This document shows, in pieces, positions 26,454 through 39,100 of a DNA stretch of 64,000 nt. The stretch spans positions 10,834,844 to 10,898,843 of the forward strand of contig CM082588.2 of NCBI GenBank assembly GCA_040954595.2. Direction: 5' to 3'. The DNA is from Balanoglossus misakiensis. Taxonomy: Eukaryota; Animalia; Hemichordata. The first letter of the stretch is position 1. The number at the start of each line of letters is the position of its first letter. The position numbers and the translations under genes are program-made. Under the pieces are notes generated by a model. It searched no databases. It worked only from the letters and a program-made list of their open reading frames with translations, and had not been told where the DNA came from.

Positions 26454-28257
26454 ATTAGCTCTGCTGTCACTTGTGTCAGCCGAGCTGTAGCAGTAGGTTG
26501 ATAAATGTCTGTCCGTCGTCTGTCGTCCGTCATCCGTCGTCCGTCAACTTTTGGTATTTCAATCTTCTTCTATAAAACTACTTGGCATATTTAGCTGAAA
26601 TTTGGTTAGAATGTGTGTTATGGTGCCCTTACCTGATTTTGTTAATTTGGATTTGATCGGGTCATGAATATGCAAATTAGATCTAAAAATAAAATTTTTG
26701 GTAAAAAAATCTTCTTCTCCCTAACTACATGTACGATGGAGCTGAAATTTGGTAGGAATGTGTGTTATGGTGTCCCTACCTGATTTTTAGCTCTGCTGTC
26801 ACTTGTGTCAGCCGAGCTGTAGCAGTAGGTTGATAAGTGTCCGTCCGTCGTCCGTCGTCTGTCGTCAGTCGTCTGTCGTCCGTCAACTTTTTGTATTTCA
26901 ATCTTCTTCTTTAAAACAACTGGGCATATTTAGCTGAAATTTGGTTGGAATGTGTGTTATGGTGCCTTTAACTGATTTTGTTAATTTGGATTTGATGGGG
27001 TCATGAATATGCAAATTAGATCTAAAAATAGAACTTTTGGTAAAAATCTTCTTCTCCACAACTACATGTGCAATGGACCTGAAATTTGGCAGGAATGTGT
27101 GTTATGGTGCCCCTACCTGATTTTGTAAATTTGGATTTGATGGGGTCATAAATATGCAAATTAGATCTAAAAATAGAATTTTGGTAAAAAATCTTCTTCT
27201 CCATAACTACATGTACAATGGAGCTGAAATTTGGTAGGAATGTGTGTTATGGTGCCCCTACCTGATTTTGTAAATTTGGATTTGATGGGGTCATAAAAAT
27301 GCAAATTAGATCTAAAAATATAATTTTTGGTCAAACATTTTCTTCTCCCTAACTACATGTACGATGGAGCTGAAATATGGTAGGAATGTGTGTTATGATG
27401 CCCGTACTTGATTTTATAAATTTGGATATGATCGGGTCATGAATATGTAAATTAGATCTAAAAATATAATTTTTGGTAAAAAATCTTCTTCTCCCTAACT
27501 ATTTGTACGATGGAGCTGAAATTTAGTAGGAATGTGTGTTATAGTGTCCCTACCTGATTTTGTTAATTTGGATTTGATTGGGTCATAAATATGCAAATTA
27601 GATCTAAAAATAGAATTTTTGGTCAAAAATCTTCTTCTCCCTAACTACATGTACGATGGCGCTGAAATTTAGTAGGAATGTGTGTTATGGTGCCCCTACC
27701 TGATTTTGCTAATTTGGATATGATGGGGTCATAAATATGCAAATTAGATCTAAAAATAGAATTGTTGGTCAAAAATCTTCTTCTCCCTAACTACATGTAC
27801 GATGGCGCTGAAATTTAGTAGGAATGTGTGTTATGGTGCCCCTACCTGATTTTGCTAATTTGGATATGATGGGGTCATAAATATGCAAATTAGATCTAAA
27901 AATATAATTTTTGGTAAAAAAATCTTCTCCCTAAATACATGTACGATGGAGTTGAAATTTGGTAGAATGTGTGTTATGGTGCCCCTACCTGATTTTGTTT
28001 TATTGGAATTTTGATGGGGTCATGAATATGCAAATTAGAACATTGGTACTTCCTTTTGATGTTGTTCTTTAGAATTCAATTCTTTCTTTCTTTAGTGCAA
28101 TGAATCAAGCTGAATTTGGATAAATACTTGTGATGTCTATGTTTGGTTTTGTTCAATAGAATACAATTGTTATGAATTAAAACCTAGGGTATTCATATCA
28201 TCGCCCAGGTTACACTGTTAAGGTCAGCAGAGCTCATTTGACCAATAGGTCACTTGT
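26454..28257 (+). mobile_element. Helentron-associated (HINE/DINE-like) element with two heads and ~146-bp core repeats
   Basis: Inserted in the T-run of the satellite site CAGCTTTT|AAATTTAGAGG with no TSD. 5' subTIR AGCTCTGCTG with a nearby inverted copy and a GTCY microsatellite; second head at 26788. GATCTAAAAAT recurs every 145-146 bp. 3' subTIR CAGCAGAGCT (28225) and hairpin TGACC-AATA-GGTCA (28239-28252). Confidence 0.85.
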
Positions 28258-31065
28258 AAATTTAGAGGACTGGAACACCTAATGAAGTGCATGTGTTAAC
28301 TTTAACACACTAATTATGTATATGAGCTATTTAAAGTTAACCAATAAAGCGTAGAAGTCTGCTTTTTGTTGGACACTGATCAGTTTGGTATCAAATTTTG
28401 TTGGCACATTTTGCCTCACCTCTGGCGTACTTTACCATTTCTGGGCATCCACAACAGACACAGCCTCTGCTTTCTGTTGGAACCATGCTTAACACCTTGG
28501 TCCCTCCAATGCTACTTTTAGTTGTAATTGTCTTCTTCATGGCGGCCATATTGGATTTTCTAATAAGCTTTAAAGGTTGACATTTTCATAAACTACAGGG
28601 CCAATCAAGTTCTAATTTACTGTGCGGTTGAAAGTTTGATAAAATATCATTAGTGGTCATGTGACTTTTGGTGCCTTATTGGATTTTTTAAAAATCTCAT
28701 TCAAAAATTACGAAAATCTTTTTCTAATCAAGTTTTCAAGTGAATTGTGATTGGTTTAACCTTATCAGAGCCAAATTGGATTTTCTGAACTCCGATTAAA
28801 AGCTAAAATTCCTTTTTTTATCCTACTCATTGAAAGCACACAAATTCTTTCTGTGGATACGAGTCACCATATGACTAGAATATGTTACATTTTTTGACAA
28901 CTTTCATATGTTCTTTGATCCAGTTTTTTTTCAGTATTTGATTAAACAATTTGTTGGTGACTCTCGCATGTCCTTTGATCCAGTAATTCCATAACTTAAT
29001 TTTATGTGGATATGGCTCTTGATAAAAAGCTCAACAGTCATGATTTTGTTCAAAGAGTACTACTGCTGCCAGGACATAACCCAAATATTTTGATAATTTT
29101 GGCAATGACCTTTGATGTACTTTCCCATAACCTGGCCTGCACAACAGATACAGCCTTCAGATTTTTAGGCCTTAAACACCTAATAAAGTATTAAACTTTA
29201 ACACAAAAGTTGTGTACATAAGCTTTTTCTAGTTAACCAATTGAGAATAAAAGTCTGTTTTTTTGTTGAACACTGATCAGTTTGATGTCAAAATTTGTTG
29301 CCACAAATTTCCGTGACCTCTGGCTTACCTACCATTTCTAAGCATCCACAACAGATACAGAGTTTGCTTTCTGTTGGAACCATGCTAACTGCTTTGGTCC
29401 CTGTAATGCTGCATGTTCCTTTAATTGTCTTCTTCAGGGTGGCCATATTGGATTTTCTGATAACCTTTAAAAGATGACAGTTCTTTTCCAAAACTACAGG
29501 GACAATCAAGTTCGAATATACTGTGCAGTTCAAAGTTTGACTGTAATATTGCTAGTAGTCATGTGACTTAGAATTCCTTATTAGATTTTTGAAAAATATC
29601 ATTAAAACACTTTTTCTAATCAAGTTTTCAAGTGAATTGTGATTGGTTAAACCTTATTGGAGCCAAATTGGATTTTCTGAACAACGATTTAAAACTAAGA
29701 TTTCCTATTTATGGCCTACTCATTGATAGCACAAACATTATTTATATGTATATGACTCACTATATGACCAGAATATGTTACCATTTTTGGCATATTGCAC
29801 ATGTCCTTTAATCCAGTTTTTCCAACACTTAATAATACAAATTTTTAGGCAACTTTCATTTGTCTTTTGATCCAGATCTTTCAGAACTTAATTAAAGTTT
29901 ATTGAAGCCAAATTGGATTTTATGAATTCTGATTAAAAACTTTGATTGCACACCAATTCTTTTTATAGATACGAGTCACCATATGACCAGAATACGTTGC
30001 ATTTTTTGGCAACTTTCGCATGTACTTTGATCCATTTTTTTTTCAGAACTTAATTATTCGTGGATATGCCTCTTGTTGAAAAGCAAAACAGTGATGATTT
30101 ATTTTTCACACGAATAGTACTGCTGCCAGGACATAACCCAAATTTTTTGATAATATTGGCATTGAACTTTGTCCTAAGTTTGGCACCTGTATTCTTTTCT
30201 GAATATCTTATGGCGACTAGACTAATAGCACTAGAGGTTTGGTTTTTGATGTATATGGACAAGTATGGGACTTAGCTTTTTTTGTTACATTTGGAATCCA
30301 CTGGACCAATGTTGAGCTTATTAAATATGTGAATATCTAATGCTGAGCTTACCCATATTGTTACAGGTTGAATTTTTTATGAACATGCTCTACTATTGGA
30401 CTTAATTTTTTTGCTGAATTTCTTGACCAATGATAACCTTATAAATATGTGCTTACGTAATTGTAGACTAGATAATGAAGCTTTGAGTCTGGGTTTTCTT
30501 GAACATTCACCAGTATGCGATCACATTTTTTTCTGACATTTTTGTTAGCTTTGGTTACCTTAAACCTATTTTCCCTGCCTTGGCATGCACAGCAGATAAC
30601 GCCTTCAAATTTTGAGGGCTGGAACACCTAATTACCAGGTTAACCAATAGAGCCAGAAGTCTTGTTTTTCATTTTACACTGATAATTTTGGAAGAAACAT
30701 TTGTTGACAATTTTGGGTGAGCTCTTGGTGACCTTTGATCTGCTTTCCTATATACATAGCAGATACAGCATTGGCACTCTCTGGTATCCATAGGAACTGC
30801 TTTGACCTAGCCAATGTTTGTTGCACTTTATTTTTTTTTCATTAATTGACGATATGTACCCCTTGACCCGCAGTATGTTGGGTTGGGCTGGCTTGCCAAA
30901 TTAATCCTATTATTATCATTGATTTCATGCATTTAATTCTTTCATTCTTTTTTTTTTGTAGGTCCCACCGGTACTCTTCTCCTTCTCTCTCTCTTTCTTT
31001 CTTTCTTTCTTTTTTTCTCTTCTTTTCTCTTTTTTTTCTTTTTTTCCCTGTAGGCCCCAATGGTA

Positions 31066-31580
31066 ACACCATAATCAACCTACTAACGTAAAATTTGATG
31101 GATGGATGGAGCGGAGTGTCAACCATAGTCAACCTACTAATATAAACTTTGATGGATGGATGGAGGGGAGCGTCAACCATAGTCAACCTACTAATATAAA
31201 CTTTGATGGATGAATGGAGCGGAGCGTCAACCATAGTCAACCTACTAATATAAACTTTGATGGATGGATGGAGCGGAGCGTCAACCATAGTCAACTTACT
31301 AAAATATAAACTTTGATGGATGGATGGTGCCGCGGAGCGTCAACTTAAAGGATGGAGAAGTGGAAGGATGGAGAAGTGGAGTTTTTTCTCTGTTTTTTCC
31401 TCTTTTTCTTTCCTGTAGGGCACACTGGTAACACCATAATCAACCAACTAACGTAAAATTTGATGGGAGGATGGAGCGGAGAGTCAACCATAGTCAACCT
31501 ACTAATATAAACTTTGATGGATGGATGGATGGAGCGTCAACCTAAAGGATGGAGAAGTGGAAGAATGGAGAAGTGGAGTT
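31066..31580. repeat. 54-bp minisatellite (~5 copies plus a duplicated partial block)
   Basis: Unit CAACCATAGTCAACCTACTAATATAAACTTTGATGGATGGATGGAGCGGAGCGT; period 54 (31120 to 31174). The block is partly repeated at 31415-31580. Confidence 0.88.
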
Positions 31581-31944
31581 TCAACATAATATCCTATTGA
31601 CCAAAATTATAAGATAGAGTAATATAGACGTACAAAACGAGGTGATCGTAATATAAAACTTAATAGTCCAATAAATCGGGTTAATAATTGGTAGTGATTA
31701 CTTGTTTTAAAATTAGGTTAACAGCAATGGCTTTGTGCAGGGTATGATAATAGGTTCCGAAATGTGTATGGTATAATAACGGTGAACAAATTTGAATTTG
31801 GTTTAATAAAAGGGTTACAAATGTGATGATGGTTTTATGGTAAAATTTGAGTGTACACAGGTTATAAAGGGGTAACAACGGTTGCTTGTATGAAGGGAAT
31901 AATATTAGGGTAACAAATGTGGTATAAAGGTATAACGGGTTTAT

Positions 31945-32410
31945 AATATGATGATGGCTTGTGTACACAGGTTATAATGGGTATATGAATGAGAAGGGTA
32001 TAATAATAGTAATAACTGTGTCGGGTTTAATAAGGGTAACAATTGTGCAAGGGTATAATAACGATTAATAATTGTGGTGATGGCTTATGGTGATATTAAG
32101 TATAAAAAGGGTGTTAATATTGATGATGATGACAGAGGTATAATAATGATAAAATGTTAAATAAGTGTCCAAGGTCTAATAATCATGTTGGTTCATTCAT
32201 TGGTTAATGTGTATATTTTATGAATAACATGCTATTATTTCTCAGATAGATAATACTCGTCAGCATCGTTATTCGGTGGAATTTCTCGCAACGGTACCCG
32301 TGATTGTATTCGCGCATCGACACATTGTACGCGACAGACAGGCAGAAAATGTTAGCACAATGTTAGGTTAGCTTAACCTCCCCACCCCATCCAAATTCCA
32401 AATTTAGCTT
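31945..32410. repeat. Diverged direct repeat, copy 1 (copy 2 at 52080-52717)
   Basis: Shared blocks GGTTCATTCATTGGTTAATGTGTATATTTTA, CATTGTACGCGACAGACA and CCTCCCCACCCCATCCAAATTCCAAATTTAGCTT. Confidence 0.75.
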
Positions 32411-33169
32411 AGATCATGGGGTGAGAGGAGGAGAGGACAGTTTTTTTTCCCTCTTTTGTAATTGGTATGAGGTTTTTTAACTGCCCTTTAGGCGCGTAAA
32501 TTAGATGTGTGTTATCATACATGTAGTTATCTTGCTTTATTTTAAAACAATTGTGAATGAGCTCTGCGAGATTATGTACACGATAGTGTGTTATATAACG
32601 CTAAGGTAAAAGTAAACTTAACCCACTAACCCATCACACTATTGTGTGCATAATTAGCAGATGCTATTTTGACTGGCCCATTGTTCAACCAAATGACACC
32701 TTGTTTCAAAAAGAGCTGAAACTATATTGGTTAATTTCTTTCAGTTTAACCACATGACACATTGTTTCAAATTGGCCTGCAAGATATGCTACTTGAACTC
32801 CCCCCCCCCCACCCCCACCCCCCCCAAAACAATAAATTAGGGATTAATCACTCGCTATATTATGAACATTCACATGAAAATTATGCAACCAATTTAAAGG
32901 TATTCTGGAGGCGTCTTCTGATGTCAGGTGGTTCAAATCCACCGATACCTAAGCTGGAAACATAACTTTTCATTGGTGTTCATATATGGCGAATAAAACA
33001 TGCATATTCGTATTATCATATTTCAGATATGAACGAATTGAAATAGATTCTTTTCGATATGATTTCAGAAATGAACGAATTCAAATAGATTCTTTTCGAT
33101 ATGTCACTATAAACTTTAATCCCATTTCACCCCTTTTACTCAAAATGTAATGTTTAAATAGCAAAGAAG

Positions 33170-36100
33170 TTAATCACTAAACGTTGACACCGGGGTTTAA
33201 AATGCATACAGGGATACTAAAAGTTGACTGAAATCCCTGGGTTAATACGTGTCCAAAAGCAATTTTATTTGACATTGCTAATGCAACGATGACATTGAAT
33301 CTGATTCTTTGCATTAGGGGGAATGGCGATGCAAGCTTGATGATGCAGCCAGGTAGATAGTGATGCAAACACTTCACTTTGACATAGGTATTTAATGCAT
33401 GTGCATGGGTATTTAATGTTGACTGTAAATCCCCAGGTTAATACGTGGCCAAAAGCACTGTAATTTGACATTGCTAATGCTACCGTGACACTAAATCTGA
33501 TTCTTGCATCAGGGTAAATTGTGAAGCAAGCTTGATGATGCATCATGATAGATGGTGTTTCAAGCCCTTCACATTGACATTGGAATATAACGCATATGGG
33601 GATTTAAAGTTGATTGTATATCCTCAGGTTAATACGTGGCCATAAGCACTGTAATTTGACATTGCTAATGCAACGATGATATTGAATCTGATTCTTTGCA
33701 TCAGGGTAAATGGCGATGCAAGCTTGATGATGCATCCCGGTAGATAGTGATGCAAACACTTCACTTTGACATGGGTATTTAATGCATGCGCATTGATATT
33801 TAAAGTTGACTCTAAATCCCGAGGTTAATACATGGCCAAAAGCACTGTAATTTAAAATTACTAATGCAAGCGTGACATTGAATATGGATAAATGGTGAAG
33901 CAAACGTGATGATGCATCAGGATAGATGGTGTTTGAAGCCCTTCACATTGACTTTTGAATATAATGCATATGGGGATTTAAAGTTGATTGTAAATCCCTA
34001 GGTTAATACATGGCCAAAAGCACTTTTATTTGACATTGCTAATGCAACGGTGACATTGAATCTGATTCTATGCATCAGGGTAAATGGCGATACAGGCTTG
34101 ATGATGCATCACGGTAGATAGTGATGCAAACAGTTCACTCTGACATGGGTATTAAATGCATATGGGGATTTCAAGTTGATTACAAATCCCTGGGTTAATA
34201 CGCACCCAAAAGCACTGTAGTTTGACATTGCTAATGAAATGGTGACATTGAATCTGATTCTATGCATCAGGGTAAATGGCGATACAGGCTTGATGATGCA
34301 TCACGGTAGATAGTGATGCAAACAGTTCACTCTGACATGGGTATTAAATGCATATGGGGATTTCAAGTTGATTACAAATCCCTGGGTTAATACGCACCCA
34401 AAAGCACTGTAGTTTGACATTGCTAATGAAATGGTGACATTGAATGTAATTCTTTGCATTAGGGGAAATGGCTAAAAGTTTAATGATGCATTGGAGTAGA
34501 TGGTGATGCAAGCTATGCATTTTGACATAGGTATTTAATGCATGTGCATGGGTATTTAATGTTGACTGTAAATCCCTAGGTTAATACATGTCCAAAAGCA
34601 CTGTAATTTAAAATTGCTAATGCAAGGGTGACATTGAATCTGATTCTTTGCATCAGGGCAAATTCTGAAGAATGCTTGATGATGCACCAGGGTCAATGGT
34701 GATGCAATCACTAAACTTTTACACCGGGGTTTAAAATGTATACAGGGGGATTAAAAGTTGACTGTAAATCCCCAGGTTAATACAAGTCCAAAAGCACTTT
34801 AATTTGACATTGCTAATACAACGGTGACATTTAATCTGATTCTTTGCATCAGGGAAAATGGTGAAGCAAGCTTAATAATGCATCGGAGTAAATGGTGATG
34901 CAAGCTCTGCACTTTGACATAGGTATTAAATGTATATGCATGGGTATTTAAAGTTGTCCGTAAATCCCGAGGTTAATACGTGGCCATAGGCACTGTAATT
35001 TGACATTGCTAATGCTACCGTGATACTAAATCTGATTCTTTGCATCAGGGTAAATTGTGAAGCAAGCTTGATGATGTATCATGATAGATGGTGTTTCAAG
35101 CCCTTCACATTGACATTGGAATATAACGCACATGGGGATTTAAAGTTGATTGTATGGCCAAAAGCACTGTAATTTGACATTGCTAATGCTACAGTGACAT
35201 TGAATCTGATTCTTTGCATTAGGGCAAATGGCGAAGCAAGCTTGATGATGCATCACGGTAGATATTGATGCAAGCACTTCGCTTTGACATAGGTATAAAA
35301 TTCATATGGGGATTTCAAGTTGATTATAAATCCCTGGGTTAATATGTGGCCGAAAGCACTTTTATTTGCCATTGCTAATGCTATGGTGACACTGATTATT
35401 TGCATCAGGGTTAATGGCGAAGCAGCTTGATGATGCATCAGGATAGATGGTGATGCAAGCTCTGCACTTTGACATGAGGATTAAATGCATGCTGAGGGGG
35501 ATTTAAAGTTGTCAAAACAAACTTGATGATGCATCAGGGTAGAAGGTATTTCAAGCCCTTCACATTGACATTGGAATATAACGCATATGGGGATTTAAAG
35601 TTGATTGTAAATCCCCAGGTTGATACGTGGCCATAAGCACTGTAGTTTGACATTGCTAATGCTACCGTGACATTAAATCTGATTCTTTCCATCGGGGTAA
35701 ATTGTGAAGCAAGCTTGATGATGCATCAGGACAGATGGTGTTTCAAGCCCTTCACATTGACAATGGAATATAACGCATATGGGGATTTAAAGTTGATTGA
35801 AAATCCCTAGGTTAATACATGGCCAAAAGCACTGTAATTTAAAATTGCAAATGCAATGGTGACATTGAATGTCATTCTTTGCATTAGGGGAAATGGTGTA
35901 GCAAGCATAATGGTACATCAGAGTAGATGGTGATGCAAGCTCTGCACTTTGACATAGATATTTAATGCATATGCATGGGTATTTAATGTCGACAGTAAAT
36001 CCCCAGGTTAATATATGTCCAAAAGCACTGTAATTTAAAATTGCTAATGCAAGGGTGACATTGAATCTGATTCTTTGCATTATGGGGAATGGCGATGCAA

Positions 36101-39100
36101 ACCTAATGATGCATCAGAGTAGATGGTGATGCAAGCTCTGCACTTTGACATAGGTATTTAATGTATATGCATGGGTATTTAAAGTTGTCTGTAAATTCCC
36201 AGGTTAATACGTGGCAATAAGCACTGTAATTTGACATTGCTAATGAAATGGTGACGCTGAATGTGATTTTTTGCATCAGGGTAAATTGTGAAGCAAGCTT
36301 GATGATGCATCAGGATAGATGGTGTTTCAAGCCCTTCACTTGACATTGGAATATAACGCATATGGGGATTTAAAGTTAATTGCAAATCCATAGGTTAATA
36401 CATGGCCAAAAACACTGTAATTTAAAATTGCTAATGCAATGGTGACATTGAATGTGATTCTTTGCATTAGGGGAAATGGCGTAGCAAGCCTAATGGTGCA
36501 TCAGAGTAAATGGTGATGCAAGCTCTACACTTTGACATAGGTATTTAATGGATATGCATGGGTATTTAATGTTGACTGTAAATCCTCAGGTTAATACGTG
36601 GCCATAAGCACTGTAATTTGACATTGCTAATGCAACGGTGACATTGAATCTGATTCTTTGCATAAGGGTGAATGGCGATGCAAGCTTGATGATGCATCAC
36701 GGTAGATAGTGATGCAAACACTTCACTTTGACATGGGTATCAAATGCATATAGGGATTTGCTAATGCTACCATGACACTAAATCTGATTTTTTGCATCAG
36801 GGAAAATGGTGAAGCAAGCTTGATGATGCATCATGATAGATGGTGTTTCAAGCCCTTCACATTGACATTAGAATATAATGCATATGGGGATTTAAAGTTG
36901 ATTGTAAATCCCCAGGTTAGTATACGGCCAAACGCACTATAATTTGACATTGCTAATGCAACAGTGACATTGAATCTGATTCTTTGCATTAGGGCAAATG
37001 GCGAAGCAAGCTTGATGATGCATCACGGTAGATATTGATGCAAGCACTTCGCTTTGACATAGGTATAAAATTCATATAGGGATTTCAAGTTGATTATAAA
37101 TCCCTGGGTTAATATGTGGCCGAAAGCACTTTTATTTGCCATTGCTAATGCTATGGCGACACTAAATCTGATTCTTTGCATCAGGGTAAATTGTGAAGAA
37201 AGCTTGATGATGCATCAGTATAGATGGTGTTTCAAGCCGTTCAAGTTAACATTGCAATATAATGCATATGGGGATTTGAAGTTGATTGTAAACCCGCAAG
37301 TTAATACATGGCCAAATGCTCAGTAATTTGACATTGCTGATGCTATGGTGACACTGATTATTTGCATCAGGGTTAATGGCGAAACAAACTTGATGATGCA
37401 TCAGGGTAGATGGTATTTCAAGCCCTTCACATTGACATTGGAATATAATGCATATGGGGATTTAAAGTTGATTGTAAATCCCCAGGTTAATACATAGCCA
37501 AAAGCACTGTAATTTGACATGGCTAATGCTACTGTGATACTAAATCTGATTCTTTGCATCAGGGCATATAGCGAAGCATGCTTGGTGATGCATCAGGATC
37601 AATGGTGATGGAGACACTGCACTTTGACATGCGTATTTAATGCATATGCACAGATGTTTAAAGTTGACTGTAAATCGCCAGGTTAATACGTGGCCAAAAG
37701 CACAGTAATTTGACATTGCGAATGCAACAGTGACATTTAATCTGATTCTTTGCATTAAGGCAAATGGCGAAGCATGCTTGACGATGCATCACAGTAGATA
37801 GTGATGCAAACACTTCGCTTAGACATGGGTATAAAAAGCATATAGGGATTTCAAATAGATTATAAATCCCTGTGTTAATACGTGTCCAAAAGCACTGTAA
37901 TTTGACATTGCTTATGCAATGGTGACACTATATCTGATTCTTTGCATCAGGGCAAATGGCGAAGCAGCTTGATGATGCATCAGGATAGATGGTGATGCAA
38001 GCTCTGCACTTTGACATGGGGATTAAATGCATGCTGAGGGGGATTTAAAGTTGTCAAAACAAACTTGATGATGCATCAGGGTAGATGGTATTTCAAGCCC
38101 TTCACATTGACATTGGAATATAACGCATATGGGGATTTAAAGTTGATTGTAAATCCCCAGGTTGATACGTGGCCATAAGCACTGTAGTTTGACATTGCTA
38201 ATGCTACCATGACATTAAATCTGATTCTTTCCATCGGGGTAAATTGTGAAGCAAGCTTGATGATGCATCAGGACAGATGGTGTTTCAAGCCCTTCACATT
38301 GACAATGGAATATAACGCATATGGGGATTTAAAGTTGATTGAAAATCCCTAGGTTAATACATGGCCAAAAGCACTGTAATTTACAATTGCAAATGCAATG
38401 GTGACATTGAATGTCATTCTTTGCATTAGGGGAAATGGCGTAGCGAGCATAATGGTGCATCAGAGTAGATGGTGATGTAAGCTATGCATTGTGACATAGG
38501 TATTTAATGCCTATGCATGGGTATTTAATGTTGACTGTAAATCCCCAGGTTAATACATGTCCAAAAGCACTGTAATTTAAAATTGCTAATGCAAGGGTGA
38601 TATTGAATCTGATTCTTTGCATCAGGGCAAATTCTGAAGAATGCTTGATGATGCACCAGGGTCAATGGTGATGCAATCACTAAACTTTGACACCGGGGTT
38701 TAAAATGTATACAGGGGGATTAAAAGTTGACTGTAAATCCCCAGGTTAATACAAGTCCAAAAGCACCGTAATTTGACATTGATAATACAACGGTGACATT
38801 TAAACTGATTCTTTGCATCAGGGCAAATGGTGAAGCAAGCTTAATAATGCATCGGAGTATATGGTGATGCAAGCTCTGCATTTTGACATAGGTATTAAAT
38901 GTATATGCATGGGTATTTAAAGTTGTCTGTAAATCCCCAGGTTAATACGTGGCCATAATCACTGTAATTTGACATTGCTAATGCTACCGTGATACTAAAT
39001 CTGATTCTTTGCATCAGGGTAAATTGTGAAGCAAGCTTGATGATGTATCATGATAGATGGTGTTTCAAGCCCTTCACATTGACATTGGAATATAACGCAT

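Larger units (their letters stand above)
12810..30720. repeat. Complex satellite of ~900-bp diverged units with internal 116-bp expansions
   Basis: The marker ATGGYGGCCATATTGGATTTTCT recurs at about 12930, 14689, 15591, 20192, 21227, 23907, 24810, 25837, 28539 and 29437. Uninterrupted neighbours are ~900 bp apart. Confidence 0.85.

Noticed and set aside
30842-31294. 150-aa ORF with 18-aa repeats and a basic tract
   Set aside because: It arises from the 54-bp minisatellite plus a pyrimidine-rich low-complexity tract.
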